61,199 nt of DNA from Spirochaetales bacterium. GTDB lineage: Bacteria > Spirochaetota > Spirochaetia > JAFGXN01. The position numbers and the translations under genes were made by a program. Below, in pieces: positions 1 to 7,763 of this stretch. The stretch covers positions 1 through 61,199 of the forward strand of contig JAFGXN010000050.1 of the NCBI GenBank assembly GCA_016936615.1, in the 5' to 3' direction. Under the pieces are notes generated by a model. That model had not been told where the DNA came from and ran no database searches. It saw only the letters and a list, made by a program, of their open reading frames with translations. How positions within the stretch are numbered: the first letter of the stretch is position 1; each line of letters opens with the position of its first letter.

Positions 1-51
1 AAAAAAGTGAAAAAATCAAGATAACAAATTATTTAATATAAAAAAACATAC

Positions 52-80
52 TTTTCAATATAAAATCTTTATAGTATAAT
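52..80 (+). promoter_or_regulatory. candidate sigma70-type promoter upstream of rpiB
   Basis: TTTTCA (52-57), 17-nt spacer, TATAAT (75-80). GAGG at 99-102 precedes ATG 108. Confidence 0.35.
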
Positions 81-107
81 TCCTATATACAAACTTTTGA
101 GGTAATT

Positions 108-545
108 ATGAAGATAATAATGGCAAATGACCACGGTGCGGTCGATTTAAAGAAAAGAATACTAAACTTTTTAGAAAAAAAGGGTTTTGAAATAACAAAT
201 CTTGGCGTCGATGAAGAAATTTCAGTTGACTATCCAGACATGGCTGAGAAGGCTTGCAAGCAATACCTCCAAGGTGGATATGACTTTGGAATTCTCTGCT
301 GTGGAACTGGTATCGGAATATCAATTGCAGCAAACAAGATTGATGGAATAAGGGCAGCCCTACCACAGAATGCCTTTGCAGCTGAGATGGCAAAGGAGCA
401 TAACAATGCAAATTTTATTGTATTTGGAGGACGAATAGACTATAGTGATAGTATAGAGTCAATGCTTGATGCCTATATTAATACCGACTTCGGTGGCGAT
501 AGACACTTGCGAAGAGTAGACAAGATAATGGCTCTCGAGAAATAG
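108..545 (+). CDS. rpiB: ribose-5-phosphate isomerase B (RpiB/LacA/LacB family)
   Basis: 145-aa ORF with N-terminal MANDHGAVDLK and the family motif CCGTGIGISIAANK. SD GAGG lies upstream. Confidence 0.85.
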   Translation: MKIIMANDHGAVDLKKRILNFLEKKGFEITNLGVDEEISVDYPDMAEKACKQYLQGGYDFGILCCGTGIGISIAANKIDGIRAALPQNAFAAEMAKEHNNANFIVFGGRIDYSDSIESMLDAYINTDFGGDRHLRRVDKIMALEK

Positions 546-556
546 TCTAGAATCTT

Positions 557-1192
557 ATGGAGAAAAACGTGAACGAAATACTTTTCGATAAATTTGGATT
601 TGTTGCTGACACTGGCAAGATTATCTTCAAGGAAGGCGATATCGGAGACAAGATGTTTATCATCCAAAGTGGTAGCGTCAGAATCTCTAAGACTATCAAC
701 GGCAAGGAGATGACCTTGACTGTTCTTCACAAGGGCGATTTCTTCGGAGAGATGGCAATTGTCAACAAGGTAAAGCGATCTGCAACTGCAACTGCAATGA
801 ATACTGTGAATATGCTAACATTTGACAGGCAGAGCTTTATCGACATGATACAAAAAGATGCGCGCATCGCGTTAAACATTATCGACAAGCTATGCAAGCG
901 GCTTGAGCAGACCAATCTCCAGGTCAAGAACCTTGCAGAACACAACAAGAAAGGTATGTTTGCACTCAATCTTCACTACAGTTTCCAAGAAGACTCCACT
1001 AACAAGGATGGTCTTAACTACCTTACACTTGTGCGAGATTTCTCGACAAGTCTTGGAATCAGCCAGGAAGAGATAATCTCATACCTGCAAGAATTCAAAG
1101 AACAAGCAATAATCGATATATACAACAATAAGATTCTCCTAATTGAGAAAGAGAAGCTTTTTAATATTGCAATGAAAAAATCCAGTACCTAA
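557..1192 (+). CDS. Crp/Fnr-family regulator with cyclic-nucleotide-binding domain
   Basis: 211 aa. cNMP-binding barrel motifs FKEGDIGDKMFIIQSGSV, GDFFGEMAI and RSATATA, with a C-terminal HTH-like segment (TSLGISQEEIISYL). Confidence 0.7.
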   Translation: MEKNVNEILFDKFGFVADTGKIIFKEGDIGDKMFIIQSGSVRISKTINGKEMTLTVLHKGDFFGEMAIVNKVKRSATATAMNTVNMLTFDRQSFIDMIQKDARIALNIIDKLCKRLEQTNLQVKNLAEHNKKGMFALNLHYSFQEDSTNKDGLNYLTLVRDFSTSLGISQEEIISYLQEFKEQAIIDIYNNKILLIEKEKLFNIAMKKSST

Positions 1193-1230
1193 AAAAAGGG
1201 ACTGTTCATCTTCGAACAAGTCCCTTTTTT
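1191..1230. terminator. bidirectional rho-independent terminator between convergent crp-like and era genes
   Basis: A7 run, stem gggactgttc / gaaca(a)gtccc (10 bp with a 1-nt bulge), loop atcttc, then T6. Confidence 0.7.
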
Positions 1231-1236
1231 CATATA

Positions 1237-2127
1237 TTACTCATAACTCTTAGTCAATCGACGTAGAAGCCTGTCATCGTGGCGCCACTTCTTATTAACC
1301 TTCACATTCAGATCAAGAAAAACAGGTCGTTCAAAGATCTCTTTAAGCTCTTGCTTTGCAGTAAGCCTAATTTGCTTGATAATCGAAGCCTTTTTTCCAA
1401 TTACCATACCTTTCTGAGACTCACGCTCTACAACGACAAAGGCACGAATCCACAGAAGATCATTCTCCCTCTCCTCCATATCTTCGACCTCGATATACAA
1501 CGAGTGGGGAATCTCCTCACGCATAAGATTTATCGCCTTCTCCCTAATTATCTCAGAGACTCTAAACTCTGGATCCTGGTCAGTATAATACTCCTCGGGA
1601 TACATCATCTCGCCCTCGGGTGCAGCCTCAAGGATTGCTTCCATCATCTCATCTAGCCCTTCGCCAGTAACTGAGGAGATCTCCACAATCTTTTTTCCTG
1701 TCGCTGTCTCAAGCTCAGACTTTATCCCAGCTCGTAGCTTCGAAGCAATATCACACTTTGTCAAGATTATCACATACGGCAGGCCTGAATCCTGGATAAG
1801 CTTCATTGTGATAAGCTCTTCTTCTCCAGTCTCTCTAGTCGAATCAACAAGATAAAGAACCAAATCAGAATCAGGAATCACACTCTCAGTGACATCCTTC
1901 AAATAGTTATTTATCTTCTTCTCCGAGATGTGATATCCCGGCGTATCAAGAAAGACTATCTGACCTTTCTCACGTGTAACAATTCCTCTGACCACATTTC
2001 TTGTTGTCTGCGGAATCGAACATACTATCGAGACCTTATGACCACAAAGCTTATTGATAAGCGTAGATTTTCCAGTAGATGGGCGACCAATCACAGCAGC
2101 AAAGCCACTTCTAAAATTATTTTCCAT
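1237..2127 (-). CDS. era: GTPase Era
   Basis: 296 aa. G1 GRPSTGKST, G3 DTPG, G4 TKCD, and a C-terminal KH-type segment (QKGMVIGKKASIIKQI). Confidence 0.9.
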   Translation of the reverse strand: MENNFRSGFAAVIGRPSTGKSTLINKLCGHKVSIVCSIPQTTRNVVRGIVTREKGQIVFLDTPGYHISEKKINNYLKDVTESVIPDSDLVLYLVDSTRETGEEELITMKLIQDSGLPYVIILTKCDIASKLRAGIKSELETATGKKIVEISSVTGEGLDEMMEAILEAAPEGEMMYPEEYYTDQDPEFRVSEIIREKAINLMREEIPHSLYIEVEDMEERENDLLWIRAFVVVERESQKGMVIGKKASIIKQIRLTAKQELKEIFERPVFLDLNVKVNKKWRHDDRLLRRLTKSYE

Positions 2128-2467
2128 AAGTCACTATTACAGCTATCATTTTAAGATCACTATCACCAGTGTTTCTAATACTATGAGTACTTCCATCAGG
2201 GGTCTTTACAACTTCACCAGCTGCAACATCCATTGCGACACCGTTATCGACAACAACACCCTTTCCCGCAGTAATAATGTAATACTCAGTCTCTCCCACA
2301 TGCTCATGCTCGCCAATACTTGCTTGTGGAGGGATTGTAATATCTGCAAGCAATCTTCCATTTATCATATCTGCAGGTTTCTCAAGATGTGTAATTGTAA
2401 TTACACCATCGCCGCCTCTCATCTGCTCTTTAGTCTCTGTCATCATCTCTGATCTTTTGATTATCAT
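2117..2467 (-). CDS. cupin-domain protein
   Basis: 116 aa with cupin motif 1, GEHEHVGETEYYIITAGKG. Overlaps the era start by 11 nt, suggesting an operon. Confidence 0.7.
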   Translation of the reverse strand: MIIKRSEMMTETKEQMRGGDGVITITHLEKPADMINGRLLADITIPPQASIGEHEHVGETEYYIITAGKGVVVDNGVAMDVAAGEVVKTPDGSTHSIRNTGDSDLKMIAVIVTYGK

Positions 2468-2532
2468 ATTCTCTCCAAAAAATTTTATTTTTTTTATAAT
2501 AGCATATTTTCCAAAAATATAGCTAGAGTTTT

Positions 2533-3795
2533 CTATTCAAATTGGGCTTCTTCTAACCTCTTCCTCAAGGCATCAATATCCACAGCCTCACCGAAGTTTG
2601 TCAAAAGCTTAATCTCTACTCGGCGGTTCATCCTCATCCCTTCAGGTGTAGAATTATCGCCACGAGGGACTGTTGCGCCTTTACCATCTGTCATAACTTG
2701 AGTATCCTTTCTCGCTCCGGAATTAATCAAGAATTCAGCTGTAATCCTTGCTCGCTGCTTCGATAGAGTTAATCTGCCAAGCTCTGTTCCTGCAAGAGCA
2801 GTATGCCCTGTTATCAATAGATCAAATGATGGATATTTCTTTAACACTGTCGATAAATTTGTCAAAAGTTCGACCTCTTCAGTTCGTAACTCTGCAGAAT
2901 TTGGATTAAAACCAATTCCCTCAAGAATAATCACCACACCATCACCATCTGGAGATCTCTCAACCTTAGGGTCACTAAACCCATTATCTTTCAAATCCCT
3001 AATCAATCTCTCAATTAGCGAGGTAATATCAATCCTACCATCATCCCTGAACTCACTGCGAGATTTTCCTCGGTGCTCAATCTTCTGACCATCCGAAAGC
3101 CTAAATGTATAATGAAAATCCTCAGTCACGAGGTGAGGCATCCCCAATTCAATATCCCAGGTCAGCTCTTGCATTGATGTACCATAGACTGAGAGAGGAT
3201 ATTGCTTTTTCCCGACAGGAGGTGCTCCAAGATCCTTATAAACTGAATATTTTATTGAAAAAATTGCATACTTTTTCCCATCAACAACCTTATCTTCGAG
3301 ATACTCATACAACACTGTAGCAGGAATCTGAAATGGTCTATCAATCGAGTAAGATCTCCTGAAGTCGTGCATCTCTGACCCCTTTCCTATCCACCTATCA
3401 CCAGGATAAAGCTCTTTTTCAGGGAAAGAGGGAATATCTCTTACAACTGGCATAAAGAAGCCCTCAGCATCTGAATGTATCCCAAACTTAGACCTGCGAT
3501 ACATAGACTCATAGACCCTATCAAGCTCATACGAGTGATCCATGGTCGACTTTCTCTCAGAGAGATAGAACCTTGATCTTATCATTGCAATATCATCAAG
3601 AACATCTAGCACAGAGTGAGATGATCGGTTCAACAAAGTCGCGGTATGAGAAAAATTATTATTCTTATAGACATCTTGGACAACTGTCGTAACTACAGAA
3701 AACCTATCTCCTTCATTGGCTGAGTACTCAAACTGCACAGCATTAGCAAGCGGTAAGCTTAAAAGAAAAAGTAAACCTAAAATTTTCATCCTCAT
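2533..3795 (-). CDS. OmpA-family exported protein (C-terminal OmpA-like peptidoglycan-binding domain)
   Basis: C-terminal motifs ITGHTA...SKQRARITAEFL...NRRVEIKL. Start moved to ATG 3795 (MRMKILGLLFLLSLPLANA signal peptide), preceded by AGAGGAAG. The track ORF extends to 3855. Confidence 0.75.
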   Translation of the reverse strand: MRMKILGLLFLLSLPLANAVQFEYSANEGDRFSVVTTVVQDVYKNNNFSHTATLLNRSSHSVLDVLDDIAMIRSRFYLSERKSTMDHSYELDRVYESMYRRSKFGIHSDAEGFFMPVVRDIPSFPEKELYPGDRWIGKGSEMHDFRRSYSIDRPFQIPATVLYEYLEDKVVDGKKYAIFSIKYSVYKDLGAPPVGKKQYPLSVYGTSMQELTWDIELGMPHLVTEDFHYTFRLSDGQKIEHRGKSRSEFRDDGRIDITSLIERLIRDLKDNGFSDPKVERSPDGDGVVIILEGIGFNPNSAELRTEEVELLTNLSTVLKKYPSFDLLITGHTALAGTELGRLTLSKQRARITAEFLINSGARKDTQVMTDGKGATVPRGDNSTPEGMRMNRRVEIKLLTNFGEAVDIDALRKRLEEAQFE

Positions 3796-3876
3796 AAAAC
3801 ACTTCCTCTTATTTATAATCGTCAAATTTAATTGTATTCTTGACAAAGTTCGCATATCATTTTAATCTTAATCATT

Positions 3877-5391
3877 GTGTTAGTCAAAAAGAAAATCAGC
3901 AATCATAAGATTCATAAATATCTTCTATTCATTATAAAAAATTCTGGATTCCACGGGGTCTCAGAACTGCAACGCAAGGCTGTTCCAAAGATTATGCGAA
4001 AGCGCCACTTAATGGTATCAGCAGGAGAGCAAAGAGGCAAGACAAGTCTTCTTTTTTTACCAGAAATTTTTTCAAACGAATACAAGCGTTTCGCGGTAAT
4101 TATCACTCCTGATATTCCAACCATTAACAAGATAAAGAGTCAGTACGAGACATACAGCAGAGAATATTTTCACTTCCCTGAAATTATCACAGTATCCAAC
4201 AACGAGGTTGTGTTAAGCAGGGAATACAGGAAGCATCTGCTAATTTGTACAGCAAGAGACTATATCTCTCTTGTCCGCAGTGCTGGAATAAAGTCTCGCA
4301 AGGTCGCAAGAATCTATTTTACAGACAATAGCCACAAGCAGATAAAGCAAGCATACCTCAAAGACATGGAGTTTATCCTGGCGAAGAAGCACAAGAAGAC
4401 AGGAACCACCTTTGTCTTCAGATTTATAGATAACGAGGTAATCAAATCAGCAAAGCACTTTATCAGAACGATAAGGATTTTAGACACCTCGAAGAATATG
4501 TTTCACCAGCATCTAGTCTTTTTAGCACCTGTGACTAGCAACCACTCGAAGCGGCGATCACTTTTTTACATACTTAGCACCTATGGGAATACAGCAAATA
4601 TCTTCTGCGACAATCCCGAAGAGGTAAAATCACTGCTTTCGACTAAATTTAGTGAAAATTATGCATCAAAACACAATTACTACAATGTAGAAGACTTGAG
4701 TAAAATCCCCTGCTCTGATAATCTAAATATAAACATAATTTATGATTTTAAATCTGCCTCAAATTTTTTAAATGCAGTAGATTTTTCAAAAGCAGCAGGA
4801 CTTTTTTTTATAATACACACTGCAGATGAGGTAGAAACTTTAAACATTTTCAAGGAGCAAAAGAATATCCAAATGAAGAAACTGAAAGAGACAGACGTAA
4901 AATTAATCGAACGAAACATTGAAGACATTCTTAAGATTATTCAAGAAGAAGCAGATCCAGATTTGCTAAACGAATACAAGAAGATTATTAAGAAAAACGT
5001 GAAATTACACCTTAGAGGGTATCTAACAGCATACCTTTTTATGAATGCAAACACAAAGAACATCAAGCCAAGATCAATCAAGCTTGAGGAGAACAAGAAT
5101 AGAGCTAGTCGCGAGAAATCAAGAGAGAAGACTCCACGCGAACCTAATCCTGACATGACTGCACTTTTTGTAAGTATCGGAAAGAACCGAAGAGTTTTCC
5201 CTAAAGATTTAGCAAACCTCTTTGCTTCTACACTTGAGGTTGACAAATCTGAAATCGGAGACATTAAGATTTTAGACAACTACTCTTTTGTAGAGGTTCC
5301 AAACAATCTTGCAGAGCTTGCGATTGAGAAGCTGAACAAACAACTTTTCAGAAAGACTTCAATTTCTGTAAACTACTCTAAATCAAAATAG
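3877..5391 (+). CDS. degenerate DEAD-box-helicase-like protein with C-terminal DbpA-type RNA-binding domain
   Basis: 504 aa with a GTG start. Q-motif-like GFHGVSELQRKAVPKI and motif-I remnant SAGEQRGKT. The DEAD position reads FTDN, and there is no HRIGRTGR. C-terminal segment LFVSIGKNRRVFPKDLANLFAS...IGDIKILDNYSFVEVP matches the DbpA RBD pattern. Confidence 0.6.
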   Translation: MLVKKKISNHKIHKYLLFIIKNSGFHGVSELQRKAVPKIMRKRHLMVSAGEQRGKTSLLFLPEIFSNEYKRFAVIITPDIPTINKIKSQYETYSREYFHFPEIITVSNNEVVLSREYRKHLLICTARDYISLVRSAGIKSRKVARIYFTDNSHKQIKQAYLKDMEFILAKKHKKTGTTFVFRFIDNEVIKSAKHFIRTIRILDTSKNMFHQHLVFLAPVTSNHSKRRSLFYILSTYGNTANIFCDNPEEVKSLLSTKFSENYASKHNYYNVEDLSKIPCSDNLNINIIYDFKSASNFLNAVDFSKAAGLFFIIHTADEVETLNIFKEQKNIQMKKLKETDVKLIERNIEDILKIIQEEADPDLLNEYKKIIKKNVKLHLRGYLTAYLFMNANTKNIKPRSIKLEENKNRASREKSREKTPREPNPDMTALFVSIGKNRRVFPKDLANLFASTLEVDKSEIGDIKILDNYSFVEVPNNLAELAIEKLNKQLFRKTSISVNYSKSK

Positions 5392-6258
5392 GAATAATAA
5401 TACAATATAAATTATTATTGAATTCGATAATAATCCTGCTGCAATCATTATTATTGTAAAAAATAATATCTTTTCAGATGCAAAAGACCTTTTCGTCTCT
5501 TCACCAAAGAGAGTCGATAGGTCTTTTTTTATCGAAAGATCCCTTAATCTCTTGATAAACCTATCACCAAGAAAGACTAGCACTACTCCGGGAGGAATAT
5601 AGATGGCAAGAGGAAATAATGCAGCAGCGCCTGCTGTGTAAAATGGGAAGTAAAAAGAGATCTCAGATCGAAGAATGTAAAACAAAAGAAAGCTAAGCAT
5701 TGAACCTAGTAGCAAGGGTGCTGGATGAAAAAACCGAGGGACTGAGATTGGCAACCGGCAGGAGATTACAGAATCCTTAAGCAGATTCTTCTTCTGCCCC
5801 GAGTAGAAAAGAATATTTATGCGGCAGTCCCGCTGACTCTTGAAGACTGGTTCGCCAGTGGAGTAGTCAATCTGTCCAGACACGAATACACCAGTCCCAT
5901 CTGGCAGCGGGAACGGGGTTCTGAACCGACTCCTTGTCGCTGGCAAAAATTGTGAAAACTTGTTCGAAATTTCTGGTATAAAAAACACAGGATGGTCCTT
6001 AACCAGAACCTTTACAGTTAAATCGCCAGTAGTAATCCAGATACAATCTTTTTCAATCGCATCAATAAATCCATATACGCAGAACAAGCCATTTTTCCTC
6101 TCTCGCAAATCCTTATAGCTTAATTCTGCGACACCTTTTAGCTCAAACAATCTCTTTCGGACAAAATGCCACTGCGAGACCTGAACCACATACATCAAAA
6201 GAGGAATTACTACATAAAATACAGCTGATACTACATAAACAAAAATTAATTTTTCCAT
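5383..6258 (-). CDS. hypothetical multi-pass membrane protein
   Basis: Long ORF with an N-terminal TM segment (LIFVYVVSAVFYVVIPLLMYVV) and several C-terminal TM segments. Start moved to ATG 6258 to remove the overlap with the divergent MBL gene. No family recognised. Confidence 0.6.
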   Translation of the reverse strand: MEKLIFVYVVSAVFYVVIPLLMYVVQVSQWHFVRKRLFELKGVAELSYKDLRERKNGLFCVYGFIDAIEKDCIWITTGDLTVKVLVKDHPVFFIPEISNKFSQFLPATRSRFRTPFPLPDGTGVFVSGQIDYSTGEPVFKSQRDCRINILFYSGQKKNLLKDSVISCRLPISVPRFFHPAPLLLGSMLSFLLFYILRSEISFYFPFYTAGAAALFPLAIYIPPGVVLVFLGDRFIKRLRDLSIKKDLSTLFGEETKRSFASEKILFFTIIMIAAGLLSNSIIIYIVLLFLF

Positions 6259-6300
6259 AGGCTTGATTTGTCGAAAAAAATATTCTATCTTAATATTATC

Positions 6301-6969
6301 ATGATTGAACGAATAATTGTAGGACAACTTTCAACAAATTCTTATATTTTCCGCCACGAAGGGCTTGGCTCTGTTATTATTGATCCAGGTGGAAATGCTC
6401 AGCTCATAATCGATGCACTTGAGAAGTCATACTCTTTCCCTGCGATGATTATCTGCACACATGGACACCTTGACCACACCGCAGCTATCGACGAGCTTAT
6501 CGAAAGATACAGCAACGAATCGACTCAAGTTAACATTGCGATTCATGAGGCAGAACAACGTTTTTTTGGAAAAGAGGCATACAACGCAAACCTTGAGCTT
6601 TTCTCACAACTAGGTCCTGGTGCTGAGATGTTGATGAACACAATCTTTAACCCTGTCCCTGAGGCTGACATTCTCTTTAAAGGCGGAGAACAGATTGAGG
6701 GATCACAACTTCAGATTATTCATACACCTGGTCACTCACCTGGAAGTATCAGTATCTACGACCCGGAGAGTAAGATTGTGTTTACTGGGGATTGTCTTTT
6801 TTCAGACACACATGGGCGAACCGATTTCATTGGAGGAAATCATCAGGACATAATTCATAGCATTGAAGAGAAACTCTTCACTCTCCCAGACGACACACGT
6901 GTCTACCCAGGACATGGTCCTTCATCAACCATAGAAAGGATTAAAAAAGAGTTTCATAAAATTTTTTAG
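6301..6969 (+). CDS. MBL-fold metallo-hydrolase (glyoxalase II-like)
   Basis: HGHLDH metal motif, HTPGHSPGS, and TGDCLF...GRTD. Start taken at ATG 6301 (MIERIIVG). Confidence 0.8.
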   Translation: MIERIIVGQLSTNSYIFRHEGLGSVIIDPGGNAQLIIDALEKSYSFPAMIICTHGHLDHTAAIDELIERYSNESTQVNIAIHEAEQRFFGKEAYNANLELFSQLGPGAEMLMNTIFNPVPEADILFKGGEQIEGSQLQIIHTPGHSPGSISIYDPESKIVFTGDCLFSDTHGRTDFIGGNHQDIIHSIEEKLFTLPDDTRVYPGHGPSSTIERIKKEFHKIF

Positions 6970-6987
6970 AAACCGAAAGATAATAAT

Positions 6988-7015
6988 AAAAAAAGCTGCA
7001 CTCGCAGCTTTTTTC
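6988..7015. terminator. bidirectional rho-independent terminator
   Basis: A7, stem aagctgc / gcagctt, loop actc, then T6. Lies between the convergent MBL and DksA-like genes. Confidence 0.7.
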
Positions 7016-7027
7016 TATTAATTGGGA

Positions 7028-7381
7028 CTATCTTCGTTTATCCCGCTTAGATTCACAGCTGATACAAAAAAACGCGTAAGGAATAGCCTCTAACCTCTCT
7101 ACGGAGATTTTCTTACCACAATCAAGACACTTACCATATCTCTCGTTTTTAATCCTAGACAACGCCGATTCAATCTTCTTAAGACGGCTCAAATCGTTTT
7201 TTCCAATAACAGATAGAAGCTGCTTGTCAATATCTCCAGATGCTACATCAACACTATCCTTAGGTCCATTGTCATTCAAGATGTCACTAAAAGCCTCATT
7301 TTCTTTAGCTAATAAATCAAGAATACTAGCCTTCAATTCTTTCAATCGTTTTTCCATTTCATTGACAAACTGTTGTTCCAT
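7028..7381 (-). CDS. DksA/TraR-family C4 zinc-finger protein
   Basis: 117 aa. N-terminal coiled coil and C-terminal CLDCGKKI...FFCISC (CxxC-N17-CxxC). Confidence 0.8.
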   Translation of the reverse strand: MEQQFVNEMEKRLKELKASILDLLAKENEAFSDILNDNGPKDSVDVASGDIDKQLLSVIGKNDLSRLKKIESALSRIKNERYGKCLDCGKKISVERLEAIPYAFFCISCESKRDKRR

Positions 7382-7457
7382 AATCTACTCCAAATTTCCC
7401 TTTTAAAATTTAAGCTTATTAATGACTTTTAGCAAGCTTTTATTTATTTTTTTGATT

Positions 7458-7485
7458 ATTGTATATCATAAATGAAAAATGTCAA
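7458..7485 (-). promoter_or_regulatory. candidate promoter for the DksA-like gene
   Basis: On the minus strand: TTGACA (7485-7480), 16-nt spacer, TACAAT (7463-7458). Confidence 0.45.
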
Positions 7486-7489
7486 CTAG

Positions 7490-7518
7490 TTGACAAATAT
7501 TTTTTAATTACTTAGTAT
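7490..7518 (+). promoter_or_regulatory. candidate promoter for infA
   Basis: TTGACA (7490-7495), 17-nt spacer, TAGTAT (7513-7518). AGGAGG at 7535-7540 precedes GTG 7545. Confidence 0.5.
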
Positions 7519-7544
7519 ATATATAAGATCTTATAGGAGGGATT

Positions 7545-7763
7545 GTGACAAAAGAAGAAGCAATTGAAGTTGTTGGCATTGTAAAAGACTCACTGCCAAA
7601 CACTATGTTCAAAGTTGAAATTAAAAGTGGGCACCAAATTCTTGCACACTTATCTGGTAAAATGAGAAAGCACTATATTAGAATAGTGCCTGGAGATAAG
7701 GTAAAAGTAGAACTTTCGCCATACGACTTAACTCGTGGACGTATTATTTACAGAGAAAAATAA
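7545..7763 (+). CDS. infA: translation initiation factor IF-1
   Basis: 72 aa with a GTG start. The S1-like sequence [60 protein letters not shown] is highly characteristic. Confidence 0.95.
   Translation: MTKEEAIEVVGIVKDSLPNTMFKVEIKSGHQILAHLSGKMRKHYIRIVPGDKVKVELSPYDLTRGRIIYREK

Noticed and set aside
3840-3868. TTGACA at 3840-3845 as a promoter for the helicase-like gene
   Set aside because: The best -10 at 17 nt (TAATCT) is poor and would place the start essentially at the GTG codon. Support is insufficient.
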